A stretch of DNA of 64,000 bases from Phyllobates terribilis (lineage: Eukaryota), in assembly GCF_046119375.1 (NCBI RefSeq), contig NW_027362768.1, forward strand, positions 196,912,001-196,976,000, in the 5' to 3' direction. Position numbers and translations under genes: made by a program. The notes under the pieces were generated by a model, which was not told where the DNA came from, searched no databases, and worked only from the letters and a program-made list of their open reading frames with translations. Position 1 is the first letter of the stretch; the number at the start of each line of letters is the position of its first letter. Below, piece by piece: positions 11,762-23,887 of this stretch.

Positions 11762-13019
11762 GTGAGCGTTCGTCTTCTGATTCTCAGTCCTTTTCTATAT
11801 ATGATATTTCACTTTTAGGGACAGCGCCTCTCATGTCCACAGGATCTGCCTGGTATTGCAAATGAACCTGGAGTAATTGTGGCTGCAATGCTAGAGACAA
11901 CCCATGCTGTATCTGGAAAGGAGCAGCCATAGTTGTAGGGACAGCACGCTAGGCATTTACCTGTTCACGAGGCTCCGCCAAGTAGGGAACCATATGTCAG
12001 TATCATCTGGGCGCTAAGGAATTGGACAGCCTTTAGAAAGTCTAAAAAGGGGTGTACAGAAAAATGTGGGGGCCACATAACGAAGGTCCGAATTGGGCCC
12101 CTCATTGCCACGACTGCTGTTCATAGGGTTCCCACAATCATGTTGCAGTGGCCCTGGGGGGGTTAAACAGGGTCCCCCTGTGCTATCGAGGCACTTAGAC
12201 GCAGTGGTGACTGCTCACCACAGCATCTAGGTGTATTATTAGCGAGAGGGCGGACAGTGGGCCGGGCCGGTCAGCATTGGGCTCCCCCAACTCATGGGCC
12301 CGTAGCCGCTGTGTGGTCGGCTGCCACTGGCGGCACCACTGGACATGTGGTGGTGTTACAAGGGGAGGATATGGCAGTATTGTCCAGGACAGTGCTTTTC
12401 AACCCAAACCCTAATTCACAGGAAATACTGAAAAATGTCTCCTCTCCAAGGAAACCCCTAACGCCTCCCTCATAGAAGCCTGGTGTGGTGACTTAGCTTT
12501 TACCATTTTGTCCAGTGAATTAATTTGGGTCACATCATTTAATATTTGCAAATTGTCCATCGGCAGCTGAAATCGGTTTCCCAAGTGCGAAACTTCTGCG
12601 TTTTTTTCAGTACCAAAATATGCAATAGCAATCTGCTCTGATTTTTTTTGCGGTGTTTTTTTTTCTGCATTTTTTGGTGCAGATTTGATGCAGTCATTTT
12701 TAATGCAGAAATACTTCGATCCTGCACTTGAAATATGATTGCATTTTTCCGGCTCCCATAGAATCCTCCAGGGAAAAAAAATGCACCATAAATCCATGCC
12801 CGATTCGACAGCGTCTCTAAACGCACAGAGGGCATGCACTTTGCTTGACTTTCTGCTTATAAAAACGCTGCAGAAAAATTCCTCTATGTGGGAACATGGG
12901 CTAAAAGTGATAGGCTGTAGAGGGAGCCGAGACTCAAGCCACCCTGGATGGGAGTAACCAGTCTGGCGGAGTCGGAAACGCCGTCTATAACTAACGTTGT
13001 CTTTTCTTCGATGAAACAG

Positions 13020-13217
13020 CCGCCCAGTTATTGTACTACAACCCGAATGTGTACAACTGCTCCGTCCCTGACGCCTATCACAGCGACCTGTGGGGCCTGT
13101 ACAGAATTTGTGAAGATTTGCAGTTCCCCTGGGTAGAGACGACAAGACTCGCTGTACTGGAATCGGCCCAAGGAGAATCCTTTCTGAACTTTGCAAAATC
13201 CAAATACTTTCATGACG
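13020..13217 (+). CDS. DNASE2B: Deoxyribonuclease II beta, coding exon (about exon 5, 198 bp)
   Basis: AG/GT-bounded. Encodes AQLLYYNPNVYNCSVPDAY...LESAQGESFLNFAKSKYFHD. Confidence 0.9.
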
Positions 13218-14432
13218 GTAAATCCATCTATCTTCACTTTTTTTGTTTTAGTAAAAGTTTTGGTTTTTAATCCTTTTTATGTTTATGTCAAATTCATTAT
13301 CTCTTCACGCTGTTTTTTTCCAGTCCTCGTCATCTTTCAGGTTCGCAATGTTGGGCATGGCCCTGGTTATTTAAATTCGTTATTTGCAACATTAACGTCA
13401 GAAAATTTTTGCACAATGATGCGCCAGCACCAGGGAAGTACAATGGGGCCATTCACAGCGGTGTCAATCAAGAGCACGCCGGGGTTCATACATTGCGGGC
13501 ATCTCTTTCTGCATCTGTGGCAGAAACTGAAATGGCGCTGGAGCCGTACGCCGAGCTGGCGGAGATCGGCACTAGAATCTACTCCAATTTACAATGTAAA
13601 TTATATTCATCAGCTTTTTGCTCGGTCGTCCCTCTTCAGCGAAGCTCCACCTGCTTCTCAGCAAAAAGCCGTGAGCGGTAGAAAAAGTCACAAATTCTGG
13701 TGAGATCACGCGGGGCGCCATCATTTGTGACTTGTTATAATAATAGTGTTTTTTTATTTCTATAGCGCCAACATATTCCACAGCACTTCAAAATTCATTT
13801 TTATAACAGAAATCAGGTGCTGAAAATGAAAAATTCCTCTCAATATCTGAAGACTAATATGTGACATTTTACTCTAAAAAGGTGAAAAAAAAGCATCTTT
13901 CAATTCGCATCAAATGGATCAGATATTGTGAACCATTGTTGATGAATTTTGCAAAGTCCACAGGCAAAGATGGAAAAACAAGACAAAATAAAAAAAAAAA
14001 AAAAAAGCTGCAACTGTTGAATCGGGGTCTTTGTCTATAGTTGTACATCGGTATTTTACAATAATTGCAGCAAATGCAGAAGCTGAAATTGTAAAATCCT
14101 CCTGCGGCTGAATATGGGTAATGTTTGGTGAATTGGGAACTGTATACAAATGGCCTGAAACCAGCAGCGGCGAAATAACCTAGAGCCGCCGGTCCATAGA
14201 CAGGATAGTCCAGCGCTTGTGATAACGTCGTCTTCTCTGCTTCCCCCGACGGAGAATCTGCAGCTATAGAACCTGCAGCACGAGCAGAAGAAGACAATTA
14301 GATTAATATATGGTTACCTGTCATGTTTCTCCTTGTAATTCCTCATCAGTCTCGGTTTAGGAGTCCAGTGGGCGGGTCTACTCACTGATTGACAGCTATC
14401 TCTGTATACATATTTTTACAAGGGTGTCAATT

Positions 14433-14768
14433 ACTGATAAGGCCCACCCACTGGACTCCTACTGATAAGGCCCACCCACTGGACTCCTACTGATAAGGCT
14501 CACCCACTGGACTCCTACTGATAAGGCTCACCCACTGGACTCCTACTGATAAGGCTCACCCACTGGACTCCTACTGATAAGGCCCACCCACTGGATTCCT
14601 ACTGATAAGGCCCACCCACTGGACTTCTACTGATAAAGCCCACCCACTGGACTTCTACTGATAAAGCCCACCCACTGGACTCCTACTGATAAAGCCCACC
14701 CACTGGACTCCTACTGATAAGGCCCACCCACTGGACACCTACTGATAAGGCCCACCCACTGGACTCCT
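14433..14768. repeat. 28-bp minisatellite x12 (ACTGATAAGGCCCACCCACTGGACTCCT)
   Basis: Direct repeats with a 28-bp period. A partial inverted partner TTAGGAGTCCAGTGGGCGG near 14357 suggests expansion inside a MITE. Confidence 0.95.
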
Positions 14769-14994
14769 AAGACCCTAGTAAACAGGAATTTAGGTAAAAT
14801 GCAATTTATTCTAAATCTTTTCCCACGAGCCTATATATCAATCTGCTCCAGCTGAATAACATGCAGCCGTAGATCAGACACCACGTTCAATGAGATGGGT
14901 TCACTATTACGTCCCCAAGCCAGCCCCATTTTCAGACATGACATCGCTACTATATGACGACAGACTTTTTTCTTATATACTTTTTCTCCGACAG

Positions 14995-15332
14995 ATATCT
15001 TCACTGCCTGGATGGCTCAGAAACTACAGACGGATTTATTAGCGGAAACATGGCAGCCAACGGGAATAGAGGTTCTGTCAAACTGCACGCTGCCCTGGCA
15101 TGTCTACACCATCAAGAGAATCACAGTCGCGAACCACTCCTTCTACTCCCGCCAAGATCACTCGAAATGGTGCATCTCCAGGCCGAGCACAGACATGTGG
15201 ACGTGTATTGGAGACCTGAACCGCTACGCCGAGCAGATATGGAGGAGTGGAGGCTTCGTCTGCACCCAAAACAAACTCATTTACTCCGCATTCAGCAGCA
15301 TGGTGGCGTACTACAGCGACTGTGGAAAATAA
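14995..15332 (+). CDS. DNASE2B: Deoxyribonuclease II beta, last coding exon
   Basis: Encodes DIFTAWMAQKLQTDLLAETWQ...QDHSKWCIS...WTCIGDLNR...RSGGFVCT...YYSDCGK*, with the catalytic DHSKW motif. Synteny with RPF1 favours DNASE2B over DNASE2. Confidence 0.92.
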
Positions 15333-17454
15333 AGTCCTAGCTGGAAATCAAGAGAACGGTTCACCCTGTATGATCAAATATCCCGCTACTTATCAGTACT
15401 TGGTATAATAGCCTGTGCGTGCTCATCCTCTTCTGGTGGACCCGGGCGTCCATGCATCATGCTAAGCTATGCTAGAGAAAATAACCTATAGTGACTCAGA
15501 AGGAGCAAAATGATCCGAAATATCAAACTATATCAAAGTTATTAAAACAGTATGAAATACGTCAGTTCATAGAATCAGCACATAGTATAGGACAGAAATA
15601 CAGAAATAAAAAAGAAAGAAAAGCTATACGCCCTATAACAAATTTAGGGAAGAAGGGGCTGCTGCACACCTCGACGTGCGTTTTCCCACCGCCTGCGGCA
15701 CCAGTTTCATTAGGCTAGGGTCACACATGGCATATTTGGTGCAGATTTTCTGCACATAAAATCTGTAGAATTTTTACATTACCCAGCAAAGTGGATGAGT
15801 TTTAACTTAGGGTTTGTGGAGACGTTTAGTATTTGCAGCAGGTTTTTCTACTGCAGAAATTAGAATGTTGGCAGGAAAAAAGCTGTATAAAATATGCGAG
15901 TTTTGGGGTAATTTTTGTATGCATTATGACTTGCGTTTTTTTCCCCCTGTTCATTTGAATGGGTGAAAAATGCTGCAAAAACTCTGAAAGAATTAACATG
16001 CTGCAGATCTGAAAAAACAAAACACGTTGATGGTTCAAATCTCTAAAAAATAGGCAGATTTCAGAAATCTCATTCACTTTGCTGTAAATGTAAAGCGCTA
16101 TGCTTTTTTTTTTTCCGTGGCAAAACGTGCTGGAAAAAATGCAATGTGTGAACAAGCCCTAAGAGTGGAAAATATGCATGCATTTTAGATGCAGAAATGC
16201 TGCAGATCAGTTCAGAATCTGCGCATAAAACATGCACCAAATGCACAACCTGCGAATTTGGCCTCAGTCATGCAACCCACCGAGCAGCGATACCCCGCTA
16301 CACACCTTATATTATAATGTCATAACCCTCTGGGCAGAACTCGCACAGAGAAGCTTAAATTTATGACTCAGAAAGGCAAATATGCAGCATGGCTTTAATG
16401 CCTGAAGGAGCCACAGAGACCATCAAGGCGTATAACTGGCACATGGTAGATGCGAGTACTGCTGCAAAGTTTTCATTAGAGCCCAGTAGCGTAAAATTAG
16501 GATATGATGTTGTGTTACAGATGCGCCACATGCAGTAGCCGGGGTTTTAAGTCAAAATTTCATGATAAAAGAATTGGCCATATGATTTCATCTGCAAAAC
16601 CGAGCGGCCATAACCATGGCTGTAATAACAGCCACCCCAATGTGTATCCTCATAGCTCTGCAATTCACCCCTGTAGGCGCGCTGCATCGTCACACTCGCT
16701 TCTGATGGTCCAGCATCAGAAGCGAGTGTGACTGTGTTAAATATACTTATTTCTGTATATTTATTTATAGAGGACTTCTTACCAGATGCAATTCCAAAGA
16801 ACATATCACGAAAAATCTTATATATAAAAAAAAGTGGAGGTTTATTCTTGGATTGTCCATCAAAAAGAATAGTTGCAGCAGAACATAAAATAGGTGAAGT
16901 AGTTACAAAGAGATTCATTCATGAGTGTACATCTTTCCATGGGTTCTGAATGGTAGTTTTCGTCTGCCTTTATTGAGCACATGTCCGGATAGAACATGTG
17001 GCCGGGCCTACATTGTCAGCGGTTTCCTCAGCGCGTAGATCTTCCGTCTGATGTAGTGTGTAAGGCTGCTGTTTGCTGAAATATAATCTGTAGTTACAAT
17101 TCATCATCCTCTCACTTTGTGCATATTCATTCACTAAACCATTGTCAGACCTGGCGTCTTCGCTTCTGATTTGTGGTGCAGATTCCGCATTGTAAATGGC
17201 AGCAAATTACAGAACACAGAAACTCTGCAGATTTTACAATCATTACGCTGCAGCTGCCGTGGATTTTCGCAGCAGGTTTCATGCCTACAATATTTAGGGT
17301 GAAAATCACACTGAATGAATCCACAGCAATGTCGGATCTAACACAGATTTGTGAGAAGATGGCTGGTAGTAAAATGCAGCCACGTGTGGTCTTCTCTTTG
17401 GGATGAGCGCACACTGCGTGTCTTAATTGAAGATTTTCCTTCCAGATTTTAGAG

Positions 17455-17774
17455 CAGAGGTGGGGAACCGAGGGCCATTTACAGCCCCCGATGACCTTTT
17501 CTCCGGCCCCCGGGTAGATTCCTGGTGACCACAGTGCTTGGGCCAGTAGCTGTGATTTGATGGCCACCGACCTTTTTCATTTCTTCTTGCTCTGTGAGAT
17601 CACAGTGTTCATTACTGAATGCTGAGGAGAGTGCAATAAAAGATTACGTCCCGACCCCAGTGCCAGTGTCAGGACGCACTGAGGGGGCAGAGTTGGCGTA
17701 CAATTTGTACGGCCCCTGAAGGATGGGATAAATATCCACATGGCCCTTGGCAGAAAGAAGGTTCCTCGCCCCCA
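17455..17774. mobile_element. hAT-type MITE
   Basis: Starts CAGAGGTGGGGAACC with a degenerate inverted end GGTTCCTCGCCCCCA; 8-bp TSD TTTTAGAG at 17447-17454 and 17775-17782. Confidence 0.75.
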
Positions 17775-19118
17775 TTTTAGAGGGTCAGGTCCACAACTTA
17801 ATGCATTAATGGCAAAGTAAATGAGATGACACAAAGCTGACGCATCAATAAACCTACACGGATATGAGGTGGATTTTCAGATTTGCGTCTTGTCAGATCT
17901 CTTTGCAGAATTCACTACAGAAGTCAAGTCTGCTGCCGGGTGTACAATCCTCTGCACAACGTCCTGACTATTTTTCTGCACAGAAAATTTCTGCAACGTG
18001 TAAATGAGATTTATAAATCCCATCTACTTAGCAGGTAATGTATTCAGCATGATGCAAATAGGCTACGTGCGCCGGGACCCCCGGGATGATGGCGGTCAGT
18101 CTCAAGATTCCTATGATCCACATAATTTAGTGAAATGTCAGTTTTGTTATCTCTCAAATGCTATTTAGACACGGGGTCTTTTTGGAGTGGAAACTCCCAT
18201 GTTTTTAGTTTTTTCAGGAGGTTTTGGAGTTTCCACTCAGTTTCTGCTCCAAAAACTCCTAAAGAAATGTGCCATGTCTGATGCAGGTCCTGTTTCTGGG
18301 AGCCGCACATCTCCGGACCCCGTCCTGTCTGATGGAGCTGTGCTGTGCAATGGAGCATTTCCAGCCACCACCTGAGCAGCTGATCGGAGCGTCGCACCCT
18401 CAGCATCAGACACTGGTGACCGATCATAGGCCGGACGACCGCTTTACTATTTATAAAATGAAGCAGTAAAACAACAACATATCTGGTATCTCTGGTCCAT
18501 AAAAGTCTGATCTATAAGATACAAATTGATTTTAGCCAAACGATAGACACCGAAGAAAACCGAGCGGCGAGAACGGACCCTCACAAATAAAAGTAGACGA
18601 GAACGTGATAAATGCGGCAAAATGGTGTAAAGCCGTCGGCTCGTGACGCGATAAGCGCTCAGATAACCACGCGGCTGCGACGGCCAAGGCCAGAAGATTA
18701 TTACCACTAAATTATAAGATAACCCAAGAGGTTCTGCATCGACCGCTCCGTCCGGGGGAATCGCGCTCCCTGAAGATTTCTACCAAATAACGAGCGCCGT
18801 AAAAAACAAAACCAAACACCACCGGCGACGCTGCGTCCGGACACCATTTTACCGCTCCCAGATATCCCCCCCCCCCCGTTTTTCACGTTATTATGTGGTA
18901 AAGTGAACGGTCACAAATCTACAACGGGCAGAAAACCAGCTGCAAAAGTAACGGGAAAAAAAGACGAATGGTAAAAAGCATTGAGAAAACGCACAACCGA
19001 ATAAAAGCCACAAAAAAAGAAGCAAAACCGCGTGACCCGACCCTGAGAGATAACGTGAGGTGTGTACAGGGGCTGAGGCCACAGGAGAACAGCGCATGAA
19101 CAATGCTCACTAGGCCTC

Positions 19119-19236
19119 GTCTCCATGACAACATCACCCGGAAGCGGAAGTGCGATATTTGTTCCGGAAGTAGAGTCTATCTGCTCCAGGCCTCGTCTCT
19201 ATAACAGCGGAAGCGGAAGTGCGTCTCTTTTTCCAC
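19119..19236 (+). promoter_or_regulatory. RPF1 core promoter (X-box, tandem ETS/GABP sites, TCT-like pyrimidine tract)
   Basis: GTCTCCATGACAAC (19119-19132), CCGGAAGCGGAAGT (19138-19151), CCGGAAGT (19164-19171), GCGGAAGCGGAAGT (19207-19220) and TCTCTTTTTCC (19224-19234), in CpG-rich context. Confidence 0.7.
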
Positions 19237-19455
19237 ATGGCTGCGGGAAGGAGCTCCGGCTCCGCGGAGAATAAAAAACGAAAGAAGAATAGAAGTAAAG
19301 CCGCGGAGGACGGGAGCGATGTGGCGGCCGGTGGCGGGGGGCCCGGAGCCGGGGAGCAGCCCGTTGTCTTCCCTCCTTCCTTCTCAGTGTCTGAGATCAA
19401 GAACAAGCAGCGCAGACACTTCATGTTCATGAAGCTGAAGATGGAGAAGCGGAAG
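19237..19455 (+). CDS. RPF1: Ribosome production factor 1, exon 1
   Basis: MAAGRSSG...[29 protein letters not shown] then GTGAG. Full join 19237-19455, 20641-20697, 20815-20895, 21602-21697, 23460-23613, 23805-23887, 25116-25297, 25378-25504, 27265-27306 = 1041 nt, 346 aa, Brix domain. Confidence 0.96.
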
Positions 19456-20640
19456 GTGAGAGGAGCCGCGGGCGGCCGGAACGACCAATCAGATCACGGC
19501 TTCTGTTCCCTGCCCTGAGAGCTGCGCTCTGATTGGGCGCTGCAGGCGGTTGTCATGGCAGCGGTTTGTCAGGTTCTCCGCACATGTTGGGGGGGTCTCT
19601 CTCTGTGACAGGAGACAGCGCCCTCCCCAGGTCTGTGAGAAGTACTTGTTATTGGTGGGGAGGTGCTGAGACCCCCGTGTGTGTCCAGCCCCCGACCTGT
19701 GAGTACGTGTGTACAGCGGCTGCTTTACCCGCACGCCTTGTGTCTTTCTGATAGTAACGAGCCCCCGCTGCCCTCGTCGTTGCCCCATCTCCAGCATCTG
19801 TGGCCGCAGTCTCCACTGCGGGGTCTGTACACAGCCCTACGCCGGCCACAGGAGACAGGAGTGGCCTCTGCCCCATCAGGCCGACGTCTGCTGCTGTTAC
19901 TTCCTTATATACAGAAGGGTAATGAGCAAACAATGTTATGGAGCTGGGGGGGCGACGCTGTACATGGAGGGGGCGACATCGGAGCCTTCTGATGGAGTAA
20001 GACCTAACACAATGGGGTCAGGGAGCAGCCGCCGCTGCCACCCTCCGGTAACTCATTGGACTTTCCCTGGTGCGGACCGCTGGGTGTGTTATGGGGTATT
20101 GTTGAATTGTATCCAAACTTTTTAACTTTATTTTTTTTCATTTGATAGTTCCTGACACATCCGGCAGATCGGGGGCAGGGAGTGGGTCCGGCACCCCCCA
20201 CACACACAAGTTTGTCTCCTTCACTCAGGAGGCAGCAGTGATTGTACAGAGTTGTGGGGGGCTCAGTACAAAGTCCGTGAACCAGGACCCCGACCTCCAC
20301 CGATCTGCAGGGTGTTTGTGTAGGTTGCCTGTGAGCGGTACAGACTAAGGCTCTGTTCACATGTCCATTAATCTTATTCTTACACGTCACAGTAACAGTC
20401 CCCACAATAATCAGTCGGTCCCGTCTGTTTCGAACCGATCAGTTTTTCCGTTCGTTCCTACAAGGAAGCACAAACAGAATGTCTGAACGGAGATGAGAGC
20501 AGCGTCTGAGTCTTGGCCCTTCAGCCAGAAGCCACGGCTGGGTTTTTACGTCTGGAATATTGTAGTTTCCTTCTGTTTGGTGAAACGATGTCACAACTTT
20601 TGCAGAGTTTGTCGCTGATGCATCTGTCATTTTCTTGCAG

Positions 20641-20697
20641 GCGAAGCTCGCACTGAAGAAGAAGCTTAAGAAGGAGAGAGAGGCGCTTGGGGACAAG
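20641..20697 (+). CDS. RPF1: RPF1 exon 2
   Basis: AKLALKKKLKKEREALGDK; AG/GT-bounded. Confidence 0.95.
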
Positions 20698-20814
20698 GTA
20701 CATTGTGACCCCCTCAGCTCATATGGGGAGGGGGTTTAAGGACTTTATTGTTTTTTCATAAACACTTTACTGCCATCAGCTGTTCTCTTTTAATTTCTTT
20801 ACATCTATAAATAG

Positions 20815-20895
20815 GCTCCACCAAAACCTGTTCCCAAAACCATAGAAAATCAGCGCGTCTACGACGAGACCACGGTGGATCCAGCCGACGAGGAG
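20815..20895 (+). CDS. RPF1: RPF1 exon 3
   Basis: [27 protein letters not shown]; AG/GT-bounded. Confidence 0.95.
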
Positions 20896-21601
20896 GTAAA
20901 AGCTGCCGCACTAGATTCCTCTCAGCTCAGTATAATATATTGCTCCTTTCCCGTCATTTCTTAGAATATATTTTGCAAACAATAAGTAGTCATGTCATCA
21001 CTATCATGTAAGATGTGAGTTAATCTGTTCTCTCAGGCCTCATTCACACATCTGTAATGCAGGAGCATTTTAGCATCTGTGTTGTGGTTGGAAGTCTCAC
21101 CCCATTGGGTTTGTGAGCAAAATGAAGCTTACTGGGGGGGACTATTAGTTGGGGTCGTTACACTCTAAGGCCATAATACTGGTAATAAAATGCCTCCATA
21201 TTACCGCTGTCTGAATGAGGTCTTACCCCTGAGAAGACATGATGGCATCCTGGATGCTCCGATCTGATACCAGTCCTGGTTTAGTAGAATGGATCCGTTA
21301 CAGGTGCTGTAATCTCAGGTGCATTAGTCCTTCCATATGAAGCCTGGCATCACTGCACTTCACTCTTGGTCTTCAATAAACCGCCCATATTTAACCTTGC
21401 TCCTATAACCCATTTTTCTTGTATATTTTTATTTTTTGCAGTAGGGATCAGATCCATTGATGATAAATACATTATAACTTCCATAAAACTAGTTATAGCT
21501 GAAGTGGAGCCCTGCAGTGATCTTTCCATACATCTTTGTGACTCGTCTCCAGGATTTCGTGCTTTGATAGTTAATGATTTTCCACCCTCTGCTTGTTCTA
21601 G

Positions 21602-21697
21602 GTGGCGTATGATGAAGCTACAGATGACTTTGCGCCTTATTTTAACAGAAAGACAACACCCAAAATCCTCATCACAACATCTGACCGGCCACGTGGT
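21602..21697 (+). CDS. RPF1: RPF1 exon 4
   Basis: [32 protein letters not shown]; AG/GT-bounded. Confidence 0.95.
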
Positions 21698-22010
21698 GTA
21701 AGCAGCTGCCGATTTCTCAATCCAGTCTTCTTTTTAGTGTCATATTATATCTATTATATTCATTGTTATGTATTGTACATTTTTTGCTTGTAATGTCACG
21801 AGAATCAGTCTTGGGTTTAAAGGTGTATTATTCCACTATAAGGCTACTATGGCATGTCTGCAGGATGTACCACAAATGTCCGAGAGATGTGACTTCCACC
21901 CATGGGAACCACATTGATGTCCTCCTACCCCAGTTCTGCAACCAGATGGAAAAGGACTAAAGTGGTGGCCGCACATGTGGTGAACGTGCTCCATTTACCA
22001 CTATGGGAGT

Positions 22011-23238
22011 CAGGGCTGTGGCGTCGGTAAGCCAAACCTCCCTCATATATGGCTCATGTTTAAGTGATAAATTTACTGCAGTAAAATGGTAACATCCGGC
22101 TTTTATTCATTATTATGATACAATAATCGAGCTATTTAGATAGAACATAAAATATATTTATTGGAATACAACTTTAGAATAAAAAAACTTTGCAGATTTA
22201 CAATTTATTATCCACTCTGCAGTAAGTGGGGGAAAAAAAGTTTTCAACAAAAACGTCCTGAATAACAATTGTGCAGTCTATGAATTTGTTCTGAGAAATA
22301 GCATCGCCTCCATCAGATCCTCCATAGATGACCTCCGATCTGACCTCCTTATTTAAGGCTGAGAACAACCTCTACACTAACTTGGGTTGGTGGCAAAGCA
22401 GTGACCACATGGGAACATCTCTGACAATCTCAGGGTATGAAGGATTTGCCTCGTGCCGTCAGTTCTGATGAAGGATTGAACTCTTCTACTTCTTTGAGAG
22501 CAAGTGAAATATGTTGTAATTCCACAATTGCCCATTTTCCAGCACGTCTCTTCAAGATGGAATCAATTTTAGGGGTTCTGGCAGCAATAGCCTCCTGCAG
22601 ACTATCTCTTATTGCCAGCCGCAGCATGTGCACAACACAGTGCATGTGAGGGATAGGAAAGAGGTGTGAAGCAGCTTCAACAAGATCATCTCATTGTAAA
22701 GAATCATTCTGCTGTTCTTCTGTAGTAATATCTGTTTGTTCCTCCATTATGGGGACAGGACTGTGGCCTTCCATCTCCAACATGCTGAATCTGAAATGTT
22801 CTTCAAGCTGCTGTTCACCTTCATTATTCTCATTCATCAGTTTAATTCTACTTATGTATGAAGCATTATCAGTTATAATAGCAAGAACCTGTTCTTTTTT
22901 GTTTTTACTCCTGCTTTCCTGTTCACTCCAGCAGTTCTGAGATGAGTGCAGGCATTCCTTTCCTGTCTGTAGAGGAGAAGCTTCACTACTTATCATGTAC
23001 ATAAACTGCAGCACAAATTTATCTCAGCTAAAAGTCCAGACCCTGAGATCAGGAATAGGACGGACATTTATAGGACATTTCAGAACTTTCCCAAATTCTT
23101 ATGAAAAAATATTCCCCACAAACTGCATTGAATTACTGTACCCAATGTATTATATATTGTTGGACTCGATCCATTTTATACTGACTCCGACTCCACCAAA
23201 ATGGACACCGACTGCACAAGTCCTACTCCACTGCCCTG
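22011..23238 (-). mobile_element. Internally deleted hAT transposon with transposase remnant (about 22430-23014)
   Basis: CAGGGCTGTGG start and ...GCCCTG end; TSD ATGGGAGT/ATGGGACT (7/8). Minus-strand peptides LAIITDNAS and HCVVHMLRLAIRDSLQ...AARTPKIDSILKRRAGK are hAT-like. Confidence 0.8.
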
Positions 23239-23459
23239 ATGGGACTTATGGAAACAGTCACGCAGGCGCATGTAACTCTATTAGAGAGATGTGCGTCCAC
23301 CACTTGCATCTGTTATGTAGAGGCAGGACCTGCATCTGTCAGACATTTCTGGTAGCATCTAATAGCTTATGGAGTCATGCTGGGACTTGCTGTACCCCAG
23401 CGGCTGTGTGTGAGATTCTGAGAATAGGTTCTTACTCTTTTGCATTTCTTCTCTTGCAG

Positions 23460-23613
23460 CGTACAGTGCGGTTTACAGAGCAGCTATCTTCCATTATACC
23501 CAGCTCACAGGTGTATTACAGGAGGGGTCTGGCCCTGAAGAAGATTATCCCGCAGTGTATCACCAGAGATTACACAGACCTCATTGTAATCAATGAAGAT
23601 CGGAAGATTGCAA
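23460..23613 (+). CDS. RPF1: RPF1 exon 5
   Basis: [51 protein letters not shown]; 154 bp. Confidence 0.95.
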
Positions 23614-23804
23614 GTATCCTTTCAACAAACAATTTTCCCTGTTCTTGTGCTTAGTCAGAAACTAAATACCTCCCGGTCTGAGGGTCCGTCTGACCATTTC
23701 TTACATACATTGTCATTAATTTTACACAATGCACAAAATACAAAAGCTGAAGATGGATTTTCAAAGAGCTTCTTTCTTAGTTGTATCCTTAACCCGACCT
23801 CCAG

Positions 23805-23887
23805 ATGGGCTGATCCTCAGTCATTTGCCAAATGGACCCACGGCTCACTTCAAGATGAGTAACGTCCGACTGCGCAAAGAGATCAAG
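23805..23887 (+). CDS. RPF1: RPF1 exon 6
   Basis: [28 protein letters not shown]; 83 bp. Confidence 0.95.

Noticed and set aside
13191-14297. 170-aa and 142-aa ORFs in the DNASE2B intron
   Set aside because: No recognisable domain or splice logic; left unassigned.
14313-14349. Minus-strand CTGATGA...GAAA hammerhead-like core
   Set aside because: Stem II cannot pair (GG...GA) and there is no stem III or cleavage triplet.
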